From positions 1,184,001 to 1,248,000 of the forward strand of contig OZ242221.1 in NCBI GenBank assembly GCA_965206845.1: a stretch of 64,000 nt of DNA. The letters run 5' to 3'. This document shows, piece after piece, positions 40,779 to 51,078 of this stretch. The translations under genes and the position numbers were made by a program. The notes below the pieces were generated by a model. That model was not told where the DNA came from. It did not search any database and worked only from the letters and a program-made list of their open reading frames with translations. Numbering within the stretch: position 1 is the stretch's first letter; every line of letters begins with the position of its first letter. The stretch comes from Cenarchaeum sp. GTDB taxonomy: Archaea > Thermoproteota > Nitrososphaeria > Nitrososphaerales > Nitrosopumilaceae.

Positions 40779-40788
40779 TTTTTTTTTA
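40779..40788 (+). terminator. Archaeal oligo-T terminator
   Basis: Run of about 9 T immediately after the stop codon. Confidence 0.6.
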
Positions 40789-40945
40789 ATCCATTAGATC
40801 GCGGCCCGTGCGGGGGCGCGTTCTACATTCGGCCGCCGGGATGCGCATCCGGAGGCGCCTTCATCGGGTGCGGGGATCTCGTACGGGACCGCATCGTGCC
40901 AAGACGAGTTCCCTTAATGCGTGTATTTGCGTCCAAAGTGTGCGG

Positions 40946-41737
40946 CTATTCTGATACCGCGTCCGTGATCGCATCAAGGGCACCTGGAACCGTGTGCACC
41001 TGTGCCGTGGTGCCCTGAACGCCATGCTCTGCCAGCTCGTCGGCCGTAAATGGGCCGATGGAGACCACCTTCATGCCCTTTAGTCCCTCTAGCAGAGCCT
41101 CCTTGCCGTGATGCCTCTGCATTATCTCAAAGAATCCGCGCACCGAGGACGCGCTGGTGAATATGATTCCGTCCACGGCCGACTGCAGAAACAGCTGCGC
41201 AAAGTCGTCCCAGTCAGGCGTGTCAGCCACCGCGCGCACGTCATACATGTGGAGTTCCTTGACGTCAAGTCCGATCTTCTGTAGCAGATCCCTGAGGAAC
41301 GGTGTGGATGCGCTGCTCCGGGGCACCAGCGCCTTTCTTCCTACGGCTCCCAGCCTTGTGAGCACCTCGCCCACGCCCACAGAGGAGAATGTCCGCGCCG
41401 GCATGTTGTTGGTCTTAATTCCGTGTTTTTGCAGTGCGGCCCGGGTCGCCGGACCTACGGCAACTACCGTGGTGTTTGCTATTGCCAGCTGCAACCGGGG
41501 CTTGTCCTTGGCCGAGTCAAAGAGGAGCCTTACCGCCTTCGAGCTCATAAAGATGCAGTAGTCAGGATCGTACTGCTGCATTTGATCCAGAAACTCGTCT
41601 GCTATGTCGGGACTTCTTGCCACCAGCTGGATTGTGGGCAGAGCAATCGGCCTTGCCCCGCGCTTCTCTGCCATGGCGATAAACTCCTTTGCGTCGTCCT
41701 TCGAGCGGGTTATTGCGATGGTCTTTTTGTGCAGCAT
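40946..41737 (-). CDS. hemD: Uroporphyrinogen-III synthase
   Basis: IAITRS, AVGPAT, FTSASSV, SIGPFTA; operon context. Confidence 0.92.
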   Translation of the reverse strand: MLHKKTIAITRSKDDAKEFIAMAEKRGARPIALPTIQLVARSPDIADEFLDQMQQYDPDYCIFMSSKAVRLLFDSAKDKPRLQLAIANTTVVAVGPATRAALQKHGIKTNNMPARTFSSVGVGEVLTRLGAVGRKALVPRSSASTPFLRDLLQKIGLDVKELHMYDVRAVADTPDWDDFAQLFLQSAVDGIIFTSASSVRGFFEIMQRHHGKEALLEGLKGMKVVSIGPFTADELAEHGVQGTTAQVHTVPGALDAITDAVSE

Positions 41738-41739
41738 GT

Positions 41740-42480
41740 CTACCTCCACCCTATCTCTTTTGACAGATCGACCACCTTTCCTATTATAATGTTGGTTGGC
41801 GGGGTGATGCCACTCTTCCCTACCACATCTGCTATGTCCGTGAGGTCCCCCGTAACCATCCTGTGCAGTGGCGTGGTGCCGTTCTGGATTACGGCCACCG
41901 GGGTCTTGGGATCCATGCCACCCTGAACCAGCTGACGGCAGATCTCCCCGATGCGGGACAGTCCCATCATGACCACTATGGTGTCCACAGATCCTGCCAG
42001 CGCCTCCCACTTTACCGCCTCCTCGCCCTTTGTGGGGTCTTCGTGGCCCGTAACGAATGCCACCGACGAGGCGTACTGCCTGTGGGTCAATGGAATCCCC
42101 GAGTATGCGGCGGATCCGATTCCAGACGTGATCCCGGGTATGATCTCGTATCTGATCTTGTGCGCCTGCAGGTACTCGGCCTCTTCGCCTCCCCTTCCAA
42201 AGATCGTCGGATCCCCGCCCTTGAGGCGCACCACGTCCCTTCCGGCCTCTGCATGGTGCACCATCAGCCTGTTTGTGGCATCCTGGTGGGTGGTGTCATC
42301 GCCCACTGCCCTGCCCACGTAGATCTTCTGTGCACCATCCCTGGCCATTGCGAGTATCTCCTTGTTTACCAGCCTGTCGTAGAGTATGACATCTGCCTTT
42401 TGAACCAGCTCGGCTGCGCGCAGCGTGATCAGTCCGGCATCGCCCGGTCCTGCGCCCGCAATGTACACCGTTCCGGTCAT
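41740..42480 (-). CDS. cobA: Uroporphyrinogen-III C-methyltransferase
   Basis: GAGPGD..LITLR, YDRLV, RLKGGDP.IFGRGGEE. Confidence 0.95.
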   Translation of the reverse strand: MTGTVYIAGAGPGDAGLITLRAAELVQKADVILYDRLVNKEILAMARDGAQKIYVGRAVGDDTTHQDATNRLMVHHAEAGRDVVRLKGGDPTIFGRGGEEAEYLQAHKIRYEIIPGITSGIGSAAYSGIPLTHRQYASSVAFVTGHEDPTKGEEAVKWEALAGSVDTIVVMMGLSRIGEICRQLVQGGMDPKTPVAVIQNGTTPLHRMVTGDLTDIADVVGKSGITPPTNIIIGKVVDLSKEIGWR

Positions 42481-43409
42481 CTGTTCCACATCTCCAAGCT
42501 CTCTCTCCAGCCGGATGCCAGCGCCTCCACACCCTGCCGCCGGAGATCCTGCGCGGTACGGTCCGCCAGATCCCGCGGAGCCCGGCGATCCCCTGCGATC
42601 CTGGCTACGGCAGACTTCTTGCCGTCAGCAGAGAATGCCGCCGCCCTCAGGGTCATTGTGGGGCCATCCACACTGGCATGCGCGCCCAAGGGAAACCGGC
42701 ATCCGGACTCGACGTAGCCTGACAGGGCCCTCTCTGCCTCTGCCTCGAGCCTCGAGTCCGCATCCTCTATTCCCTTTAGCAGTGTGATGAGACCGTGGTC
42801 GTCGGCCCGAGACACCACGGCTAGGGAACCCTGGCCCGGCGACGGCACAAACTCGTCCTCCGGCAATGCGGCAGATATTACGTCCAGGTTCAGCCTGGAG
42901 ATTCCCGCCTGTGCCAGCACTATGCCGTGGTAGTTCGCTCCGTCAATCTTTGCTATCCGCGTCTCAATGTTTCCACGGATGGGCCTTACCCCCACATCGG
43001 GCCTGCTCCTCCTTATCTGGACCGCTCGCCGCAGGCTGCTAGTTCCGATTATGGATCCCCGTGGCAGCGACTGCAGGGACGAGCCGTCTCCGGTGATCAG
43101 GACATCTCTTGCTGACTCCCTTTTTGGGACGCAGGCCAGCGTCAGCCCGTCGGGAAGCTGCGAGGGCACGTCCTTGAGGCTGTGCACCGCAAAGTCCACC
43201 CTGCTCTGCGCCACTGCTGCATCTACCTCCCTCTCAAAGATCCCTTTCTGATCCATGGCAAAGAGGGGGCGCGGATCTCCGTCGCCGGTGGTGCGAATTG
43301 ATTGAATCTGAAACGTTGCCCCGGGGTCTGACTCTGCCAGCCGGTCTGCAACCCACCGGGTCTGCGCCATGGAGAGCCGGCTGCCCCGCGTTCCGATTGT
43401 ATACCTCAA
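42477..43409 (-). CDS. hemC: Hydroxymethylbilane synthase
   Basis: GTRGSRL, VHSLKDVP, GTSSLRR, RGNIETR. Confidence 0.96.
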   Translation of the reverse strand: MRYTIGTRGSRLSMAQTRWVADRLAESDPGATFQIQSIRTTGDGDPRPLFAMDQKGIFEREVDAAVAQSRVDFAVHSLKDVPSQLPDGLTLACVPKRESARDVLITGDGSSLQSLPRGSIIGTSSLRRAVQIRRSRPDVGVRPIRGNIETRIAKIDGANYHGIVLAQAGISRLNLDVISAALPEDEFVPSPGQGSLAVVSRADDHGLITLLKGIEDADSRLEAEAERALSGYVESGCRFPLGAHASVDGPTMTLRAAAFSADGKKSAVARIAGDRRAPRDLADRTAQDLRRQGVEALASGWRESLEMWNR

Positions 43410-44704
43410 TCTCTTATCGCTCCGAGAGCCAGACGGTAGGCGTCAAGGACATGATCCAGATCCTCCCCACTGTGGGCGCTGGACAGAAACACCACCTCAA
43501 ACTGCGAGGGCGCCACAAAGACGCCGTTTTTGAGCAGCTCCGCAAAGAGTCTTCCGAATCTGGCGGCATCGGATCTCTTGGCAGAGTCATAATCTGTGAC
43601 GGGCTCAGCCGTAAAGAAGATCTGCATCATGGACGAAAGGTGGTTTATCTGGGCGTCAATGCCCATGTCTGATGCCAGGTCAGCTACTGCGCGGGACAGG
43701 CCGGCGCACTGCAGCTCCAGATGCGGGTATATCTGATCCTTGATCCGGTTTATCGTCCTAACGGAACTGATGGCGGCACTTACCGCAACGGGGTTTCCGG
43801 CAAACGTGCTTGCCTGGTAGACCCTCCCACCAGGGGTCAGGTTGTCCATGATCTCGCGCCTTCCGCCAACTGCCGCAATGGCAAAACCGCCGCCCAGCGC
43901 CTTTGCAAGGGTTGTGATGTCTGGCTTCACGCCGTAGTGCTGCTGCGCCCCTCCCGGGGAGACGCGAAACCCCGTCACCACCTCGTCAAAGATCAGCGGG
44001 ATATCGTTCTTTTGCGTGATCCTTCTTACCTGCTGCAGAAAGCCATCCTGCGGCAGTATCAGTCCCATGTTTGCCATTACCGGCTCGATTATCACCCCAG
44101 CGACATCCCCGTCCTGTCTGATCGTCTCTTCCAGGCCTGACGGGTCGTTGTACCTTGCCACCAGCGTGTTCTGCGACACCTCCTCCAGGCCTCCTTCGGA
44201 TGTGGAGATCCCGTGGTGGGCCTGGCCGGATCCCGCACTGACCAGAACCGAGTCGTGGGCCCCGTGGTAGCCCCCCTCGAACTTGATTATCTTTCTTCTC
44301 TTTGTGAATCCCCGAGCCAGTCGTATGGCAGTCATAGTGGCCTCAGAGCCCGTATTTACCAGCCTTACCTTGTCCATCGACGGAAAGTTTCCGGTGACGA
44401 GCTCCGCCAGATCTGTCTCCTCGCTGGTGGGCGAACAGTACAGGGTGCCCCGCAGGAGCTGCTCTGACACCGCAGAGATGATCTCCTGCCTCCGGTGCCC
44501 CAGCAGCAGAGCCCCGTAGCCGCAGCAGAGGTCCGTAAGTCGGTTCCCGTCGGCATCCCAGATGTATGCTCCCTGGGATCTTGTAATGAATACTGGGTGC
44601 GGCTCAAAGTACCTGACCGGGCTGTTTACGCCGGAGGGTATGGTCTTGCATGCTCGGTCAAATAGATCCCGGGATCTGGACGGTCTGGGTTGTTCCTGCA
44701 CCAT
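43406..44704 (-). CDS. hemL: Glutamate-1-semialdehyde 2,1-aminomutase
   Basis: GVNSPVR, NTGSEAT, FEGGYHG, FDEVVTGFR, PSQFE. Confidence 0.96.
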   Translation of the reverse strand: MVQEQPRPSRSRDLFDRACKTIPSGVNSPVRYFEPHPVFITRSQGAYIWDADGNRLTDLCCGYGALLLGHRRQEIISAVSEQLLRGTLYCSPTSEETDLAELVTGNFPSMDKVRLVNTGSEATMTAIRLARGFTKRRKIIKFEGGYHGAHDSVLVSAGSGQAHHGISTSEGGLEEVSQNTLVARYNDPSGLEETIRQDGDVAGVIIEPVMANMGLILPQDGFLQQVRRITQKNDIPLIFDEVVTGFRVSPGGAQQHYGVKPDITTLAKALGGGFAIAAVGGRREIMDNLTPGGRVYQASTFAGNPVAVSAAISSVRTINRIKDQIYPHLELQCAGLSRAVADLASDMGIDAQINHLSSMMQIFFTAEPVTDYDSAKRSDAARFGRLFAELLKNGVFVAPSQFEVVFLSSAHSGEDLDHVLDAYRLALGAIRD

Positions 44705-44854
44705 CACATCTGTCCGGCAGTACCCAATTATCAGTGTTGACCATGCGCGCCTAGGTGTGGGGCAGCCTGCCACATCGGATCGGGCGTGCAGGCCGGTCCT
44801 GGCACACAGATACATGTCCGGTCTTGGCCCCGTGTCCACGCACGGCGGATCGTC

Positions 44855-45541
44855 CTACCTACTGGCTCGGCTGATGGCGCGCACCCTCTTGTATATGGCC
44901 GCCGTAACCGCAGCACCCACAAGGGGGGCCGTCAGGTACAGCCATATGTTATCAAAGATGCCCGTGACTATAGCTGGTGACAGCGAGCGGATCGGGTTCA
45001 TCGACGCACCTGATATCGGCGCCAGGAAGAGAACGTCAAGCGCCACGATTCCGCCGACAACGGATGCTACCACGGCCGCATGAGCCATGCGGAGGCTGAC
45101 GATAAGCAGGATTCCACCCATCAGGAAGACGGTTGCTGCCACCTCTGTCCCAAAGACCAGCGGGGCCCCGTACATGTAGTCCGGGGAGTTGAGGCCCAGG
45201 CTGGCGTGTTCCCCTATGGTGTACTTTACAAAAAGACTTCCGGATACGGCCCCGATTGCCTGGGCCGCGAGATACAGCGGGATTCTTTCCTTCCGTATGT
45301 GCCCTGACAGCGCAAAACCGATGGTTACTGCCGGGTTAAAGTGCGCCATCGAGTATCTTCCAAATATGAACACCACGATGAACAGGCCGACAAAGTGCAT
45401 TGCCGCGATAAACGGCAGGCCCAGAACTGATCCCACGCTCCCATCATACACTATGGATCCCGTGGCTGCCACCAGCAGGCCGAATGTTCCCACCACCTCT
45501 GCCGCAAAGATGACTGCGCTACTGCTCTCGCTCACACCCAA
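44855..45541 (-). CDS. MIP-family channel (aquaporin), NPA/NPI
   Basis: AHFNPAVT and GASMNPIRS. Confidence 0.92.
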   Translation of the reverse strand: MGVSESSSAVIFAAEVVGTFGLLVAATGSIVYDGSVGSVLGLPFIAAMHFVGLFIVVFIFGRYSMAHFNPAVTIGFALSGHIRKERIPLYLAAQAIGAVSGSLFVKYTIGEHASLGLNSPDYMYGAPLVFGTEVAATVFLMGGILLIVSLRMAHAAVVASVVGGIVALDVLFLAPISGASMNPIRSLSPAIVTGIFDNIWLYLTAPLVGAAVTAAIYKRVRAISRASR

Positions 45542-45953
45542 GCTCGTCTGCCAGCTCCCTTATCTTTGACTCGATATGATCGCGGATCTCCCTTACCTCT
45601 TCCAGCGCCCTTCCCTTGGGATCTGGAATCTGCCAGTCCCTGATGTTTTTGGCGAACAGTGCGGGGCATGTATCGTGGTCCACGCATCCCATGTTTATCA
45701 CCGTCGAACCGTCGATCATGTCCTGAGTGAGGTGCTTTGGGGTATTGCCCCTGATGTCGATTCCAACCTCGCCCATGGCATCTGCCACCACAGGATTTAC
45801 TGTGCTACGGGGCACCGTTCCGGCGCTTGCGGCGCAAATATGCGGGGCATGCCTGCGGAGGAATGCCTCAGCCATCTGACTCCTCCCTGTATTCTCCACA
45901 CACACAAACAGGATCCGTGCCACCTTGACCACAGATATGACCATTTTTTTCAT
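45519..45953 (-). CDS. arsC: Arsenate reductase, LMW-PTP fold
   Basis: FVCVENTGRSQMAEAF, MGC....CP, W.IPDPKG. Confidence 0.9.
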   Translation of the reverse strand: MKKMVISVVKVARILFVCVENTGRSQMAEAFLRRHAPHICAASAGTVPRSTVNPVVADAMGEVGIDIRGNTPKHLTQDMIDGSTVINMGCVDHDTCPALFAKNIRDWQIPDPKGRALEEVREIRDHIESKIRELADELGCEREQ

Positions 45954-46022
45954 GATTAAAGTCTGTTCTACTGGTTCTATGGTGTGTATGTGTGCCTAGT
46001 CAGACCGCTGCACTTGTTCCTG

Positions 46023-46160
46023 AGACATGATCCGCAATTAAGAATCGAGCCTTCGATGCCCATAATCTTACAGATGTGTGCTCCAAAGCATGCAACTTTC
46101 GTATGATTGTGCCAAAGATCATGCTCTAATGTGCTTGCGTGCTAATTACGAATCACATCT
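46023..46160 (+). mobile_element. MITE copy 1 (138 bp)
   Basis: Ends AGACATGATCCGCAATTA / TAATTACGAATCACATCT; TSD CTG. Confidence 0.9.
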
Positions 46161-46745
46161 CTGCTGCAGTGGCAGGCGTGGTGATTCGCGTCTACTGGGG
46201 CAGGTTTGTGCAGTTGTGTAAGGCCGCCTGCCAACCGATCCGGATCACAGTGTCATGCCGTGTGGGCTTTCGCGGCTGGCCATAATGCCGCCCGAAACTT
46301 TTGGTATGTGGACCAGAGTCATTTGGTTATGCTCGCGAGCCTCAATATTCTGTAGATCGGCTCTTTACGGTTCCACCGGAAGCTCCAATCACACACTGCG
46401 GTTTACATGCTGCCGGATCCTGTATTTTTGCCATATCCTGGCATGGCATGTGATCACGGGCAATCCATCTCCAACTCAAACTTTCAGCAAGCAATTGTGC
46501 ATGACATCTAACACAAAACCCGTATTGTTTTGCCAAAACCTATGACTGTTACCAGGATGTGCGCAGGTAGTTCCGCATGGAGGAATCCCGTGTATGACAT
46601 GTTGCGGTCCGGCCGGTTTTTTTAAAATAAAAAACTCTATAATTTTTACAAATCTGACAATTATGCCCAATCTATTTTATGGATTTATTTCCGGTAATGT
46701 GGTTGTCTGCGAATGTGGCAAACCATTTAATTACTTTGACGATAA

Positions 46746-47117
46746 TTGCTGTTTATGCGAGAAGTTGATTCTGTAAGAAAAGTAAGATCCACAGAGAACA
46801 AAAACATCAGCAAAGCAAAGACGGGTGTCAAAGCAGCCAAGCGATCACTGCGCGCAGCCAAGGAAAAAGTAAAAGCCGCCGAGTCCCGACTGAAGAAGAC
46901 TCAGAGGACTGCCAAAAGGAGCATAGTGCAGGCCAAAAAAGATGCCTTGAAGGATGCAGCGCGGACCAAAAAAGCGGCCAAGGCGGCAAGACGTACAGCA
47001 AAAAAGGCGCCCGACACTACACGAACGACAAGAGCAAAGAAGGCGACCGCCGCCACAAAACCAACAGTGGCAAAGCGTCCAGCACCGCAGAAAACACCAG
47101 AAGATCAAAGTACGTAG
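46746..47117 (+). CDS. Lys/Ala/Arg-rich basic protein (histone H1-like composition)
   Basis: Low-complexity KAAKRS/KKAAKAA/AKKATAA tracts. Confidence 0.6.
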   Translation: MLFMREVDSVRKVRSTENKNISKAKTGVKAAKRSLRAAKEKVKAAESRLKKTQRTAKRSIVQAKKDALKDAARTKKAAKAARRTAKKAPDTTRTTRAKKATAATKPTVAKRPAPQKTPEDQST

Positions 47118-47560
47118 TAGAGAACGCTATCTACTAAACTCCTACGGAAATTTGATCAGGGACAGTGTGCAACGCTGGACTCTGACTTTTTTAATTTTGG
47201 CTTATTTTAAAAACACGGCAATGTGTCTTTGTCTGGTATTCGCGGCGTCCCGACTTTTAGCAGCTCATGATCCAAAAGAGATCTTTTTTGAATGGGGCAG
47301 TCCGGATCGCGCTGGCAGGATACAGATCCGTGATTAGTGGGTGTGATCTGTCGGTGATTAAAAAGCGAAAAATATAAAATCTGACATCGAAGAGATGCTA
47401 AGGATCTGCTGTGATGGAATGGTCGTAACTGAAAAGACGACTGCTGCCAGATGTGAAAAATGCCGTGCGTGTCTGACGGCGGCATTCGGATGAGAGCGCA
47501 AACAGTATGCCGATAGAGCCTGTCGGCCCAGCGAAGACAGGGCAGATACTTGCGAACCTG

Positions 47561-47697
47561 GGACTTGATCCGTAATTAAAGATCGAGCCTTTTTCGTCCA
47601 ACACTTACAGAGATGTGTTTCGAAATAAACAAATTTTGCGTGATTATGCCGAAGATTGCGCTATTTTATGCCCGGGCGCTAATTACGAATCAAGTCT
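47561..47697 (+). mobile_element. MITE copy 2 (137 bp, divergent subfamily)
   Basis: Ends GGACTTGATCCGTAATTA / TAATTACGAATCAAGTCT; TSD CTG; shared internal words CTTACAGA, TGATTATGCC. Confidence 0.85.
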
Positions 47698-47782
47698 CTG
47701 CTTCCGGATTGCCGCATATCTGGCATGGCAGGTTTCGGAGTAGGTGCCCGCGTACAGCAGAGTCTCTGACGGCGCACGGTGT

Positions 47783-48568
47783 CTAGAGCCTGGGCGCTTT
47801 GGCTGCAAAACTGACAAACTTGCGATATGCCAGCTGGCGCCTTCGAGTCTCGGAGGCAATGACCTTGGATAGGGCCTGGCGCTGCTCGGTGCCCTTGAGG
47901 AACTCGATCATGACATCGCAGTCATGTACGGCGCCCAGAAGATCCTGCATGCGTCGAAGTGTCTCTAACGCGCTGCCCGGCGCGTCGCCGGCTATGATCT
48001 CAAGCAGGTACCGCAGCTTCTTGCATCTCACTCTCAACCGGTGCATCTCCTTGACGCGTCCCCTGTCTGCCACCACAACGGGGAGCAGCTCCTCTATGCT
48101 GCCAAAGAGTGGAATGATCAGCCTTCTGAACCTTCTCTCCAGCTTGCCTGCCGGCACCTCCTTTTGCGGGATCACCGGCTCGCGCAGGCGCTCCTGAACG
48201 GCGGCCAGTCTACTGACCTCCTCAAGACAGACGCGCCTCTCCTCTCTCATCTGCTCCAGCAGCTCCCTGACTGCTGCATCCGGCTCGAACCTCTTCAGCC
48301 TCATCATCATGACATCAAGATCGCGAACCCTGTTGCTCATCTTGAAGAGCCTTTTGTAGAGCGTCACAAACCTTTTGGTTCTGCCATTGCGGCGCAACCT
48401 GCCTGGCAGCACCGCGTGGGACGCGCTCAGCCGCCGCACGGCAGTGCGGAGGTCGTGGGTGCTCTTCTCTCCGGGATCTGCCAAGTGCCTCTTCAACCTG
48501 CGTGTGGTGCGCTTGATGCTCCGCTCATGATTCGCCAAAAACGCGTCGGCAGAGATTTTGTACTTCAT
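47783..48568 (-). CDS. CHAD-domain (polyphosphate-binding) protein
   Basis: HDLRTAVRRL, VRDLDV, HRLRVRCKKLRY, QDLLGAVHD. Confidence 0.92.
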   Translation of the reverse strand: MKYKISADAFLANHERSIKRTTRRLKRHLADPGEKSTHDLRTAVRRLSASHAVLPGRLRRNGRTKRFVTLYKRLFKMSNRVRDLDVMMMRLKRFEPDAAVRELLEQMREERRVCLEEVSRLAAVQERLREPVIPQKEVPAGKLERRFRRLIIPLFGSIEELLPVVVADRGRVKEMHRLRVRCKKLRYLLEIIAGDAPGSALETLRRMQDLLGAVHDCDVMIEFLKGTEQRQALSKVIASETRRRQLAYRKFVSFAAKAPRL

Positions 48569-49299
48569 CAGCCATACTTGTCAAGAAACGCGTTGATTCG
48601 CTTCTGGAGCATCTCATCAACCCGCTCTATCTCCAGCTGGCCGTCAATATGACGCAGGCCGTACTTGTCCCTCATTATCTCAAACTCCTTTGCCATCTTC
48701 TTTTGGTACATGATGAACGACTCGAACATGTCGTCTGAGAGCGCCATGTCGGCTCCCGACTCGTAGTGATCCAGGGAGCGGTGCTTTTGAAAGACCCGGT
48801 GCACCAGCTTGTAGGGATCCACATCGATGTAAAATACCATGTCCGGCACCATGGCAAAGCTGTACAGGTCGTGGGACCAGGATCTCGGGATTCCCCGGAC
48901 GGTATTTCTTGCCATCAGGGTGTAGATGTATCTGTCCGATAGGACCACATACCCTGCCTGTAGCGCCGGGATTATCTTGTGCTCCAGCTGGTCTGCAAAG
49001 TCGGCTGCGTAGTACAGCGCTAGGGTTCTCTTTCCGAGGGACGTGTTTCTCTTTGCCTCCAGGATTCCACGGCTTATGAGCTCAGATCTCTTCAGGCCTG
49101 TGTTGAGTACCGCATACCCGTTGGCCTCTAGGTTTGCCGTAATGAGTTCGATCTGTGTGCTCCGGCCCGACGCGTCGGGGCCCTCGATCACAATCAGCCT
49201 CCCCCTGATCTCCAGATCGTGCAGGTACGGTATGCCGTCCTTTACCGAGTCGCCGTACCACCGTATCGGCCGGGCGTGCATCTCATGCGTCTCTTTCAT
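48568..49299 (-). CDS. Thymidylate kinase-like protein with variant P-loop
   Basis: EGPDASGRST (Lys replaced by Arg), SDRY. Confidence 0.85.
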   Translation of the reverse strand: MKETHEMHARPIRWYGDSVKDGIPYLHDLEIRGRLIVIEGPDASGRSTQIELITANLEANGYAVLNTGLKRSELISRGILEAKRNTSLGKRTLALYYAADFADQLEHKIIPALQAGYVVLSDRYIYTLMARNTVRGIPRSWSHDLYSFAMVPDMVFYIDVDPYKLVHRVFQKHRSLDHYESGADMALSDDMFESFIMYQKKMAKEFEIMRDKYGLRHIDGQLEIERVDEMLQKRINAFLDKYG

Positions 49300-50053
49300 G
49301 TTGCACCTCCGCGATCCGCTCTAGAATGCCGCCGGGTATCACCTCTTCCATCTTTGCGCGCATTATGTCCTGCTGCTCCTTGATCCCCATGGTTGCATCA
49401 ATTATGGTGAACCCTTCGCTCTCCACCATGGACTCGTACTGCTCGATAATCCTGCTCTGAAATATTCGGTAGCTCTCATAGGGATCCTTGCTTAGGCCCA
49501 TGTCCATTCCGGCCTCGTAATACTTGAGCTTCGGCCTTCCCGCCAGAACCCTGTCCAGGGCCACATCTATCGGAACGCGAAAGTAAAACGCAATGTCGGG
49601 CTTTAGCGCAAAGCTGTACACCTTCCTTACCCATCGGGGATTGCATCCTCGGGTAACGTCCCTGGCAAAGGCGGTATAGGCATATCTGTCGGCCAGCACA
49701 AAGTAGCCGGCCCTGAGCAACGGCATGATGTTTCTCTCAAACCTGTCGGCAAAGTCGGTTGCGTGCAACAGGCTAAATGTGGTGGGAGTGAGGGTGGCCT
49801 TCTTCTTGCCCCGGGAGGTTATCTCCTTTACCATCTCCGACGAGTTCCATTCCGTGAGAAACACCTCCAGATTGTTGTAGCTGAGCCACTTTTCAAGCAG
49901 GTGGATCTGGGTGGACTTGCCGGAGCCGTCGATTCCCTCGACTACCACCAGCTTGCCTGGTATCTTGCGGCCGCGGTTCTGTCTCAGTGACTGGTACCTC
50001 AACTTCCTCTGTCGCACCCACTTGAGTCCATGATCGGTATTGCCATTTTCCAT
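49283..50053 (-). CDS. Thymidylate kinase-like protein
   Basis: EGIDGSGKST, ADRY. Confidence 0.88.
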   Translation of the reverse strand: MENGNTDHGLKWVRQRKLRYQSLRQNRGRKIPGKLVVVEGIDGSGKSTQIHLLEKWLSYNNLEVFLTEWNSSEMVKEITSRGKKKATLTPTTFSLLHATDFADRFERNIMPLLRAGYFVLADRYAYTAFARDVTRGCNPRWVRKVYSFALKPDIAFYFRVPIDVALDRVLAGRPKLKYYEAGMDMGLSKDPYESYRIFQSRIIEQYESMVESEGFTIIDATMGIKEQQDIMRAKMEEVIPGGILERIAEVQHERDA

Positions 50054-50156
50054 ATTTAGGTTCTTTTGTAGACCCGGCCCGGCGAATGCGGCAGGGCGGG
50101 AGCCTGATCCATACTCAACAGTAATATTTGTCCGGTGTGTACATGCAGTGGGAATT

Positions 50157-51077
50157 ATGATTACCGTACTTGCCGGTGGTACCGGTTCTGTCAAGATTGT
50201 CCGTGGCTTGGCGTCGCAGGAGAGCAACATTAACGTGATCAGCAACGTCGGGGACAACTACTGGCTGTATGGGATGTACGTGTGTCCCGATATAGACACC
50301 ATAATCTACGGCCTGGCAGACATCCTGGATGTCGAGAGGGGATGGGGAATCAAAAAGGACACTGTCAACTTTCTGAGGCAGATGGAGGTGTTTGGCGAGG
50401 ATACGTGGTTTAGGATCGGCGACAGGGATGCGGCAACCCACCTGATTCGAACCAACATGCTCAAGAACGGGAAGAACCTCAGGGAGATTACCAAGTGGAT
50501 GTGTGAAAAGTTCGCCGTAAGCGCCAAGGTAATTCCGGTGACCGATAACAATGTGGAAACCCGAATCACAACCAAGCGGGGGGATCTTCACCTGCAGGAA
50601 CACTGGGTCAAGTACCGCGGCAAGGACAAGGTGGAGGGAATCCAGTACGTTGGCGTGGACAAGGCAAGGCCCAACCCCGAGGTCATCAGTGCAATCCATG
50701 ACGCAGAATTGGTGGTGCTGGCGCCGGCAAACCCGCTGACCAGCATCGGACCCATGCTGCAGATCAAGGGAATAAGAAAGGAGCTCTCCAAGAAGAAGAG
50801 AAAGGTCGTCGCCATAAGCCCGCTGATTGGAAACAAGTCCATCAGCGGACCCGCCGCAAGCTATATGGAGGCGGCAGGCATCGAGGTCAGCCCCTACGGC
50901 CTGGCCCAAATGTACTCTGACGTGTGTGGAAATATTGTAATCGACACCAAGGACAAGATGCTCTCAAAGAAGATTCAGAGCATGGACATTCGGGTATTTG
51001 AGACGAAGATAACCATGAGGAACAAGCAGGCCGAAGACGCCTTGGCATCCTTTATCATAAAACAAGTCCGCTCATAG
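50157..51077 (+). CDS. cofD: 2-phospho-L-lactate transferase (F420 biosynthesis)
   Basis: LAGGTGSVK, CPDIDT, GDRD.ATH..RT, NPLTSIGP. Confidence 0.95.
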   Translation: MITVLAGGTGSVKIVRGLASQESNINVISNVGDNYWLYGMYVCPDIDTIIYGLADILDVERGWGIKKDTVNFLRQMEVFGEDTWFRIGDRDAATHLIRTNMLKNGKNLREITKWMCEKFAVSAKVIPVTDNNVETRITTKRGDLHLQEHWVKYRGKDKVEGIQYVGVDKARPNPEVISAIHDAELVVLAPANPLTSIGPMLQIKGIRKELSKKKRKVVAISPLIGNKSISGPAASYMEAAGIEVSPYGLAQMYSDVCGNIVIDTKDKMLSKKIQSMDIRVFETKITMRNKQAEDALASFIIKQVRS

Positions 51078-51078
51078 C

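Noticed and set aside
46023-47697. Composite transposon formed by MITE copies 1 and 2
   Set aside because: Each copy has its own complete TSD and they belong to different subfamilies, so independent insertions are simpler.
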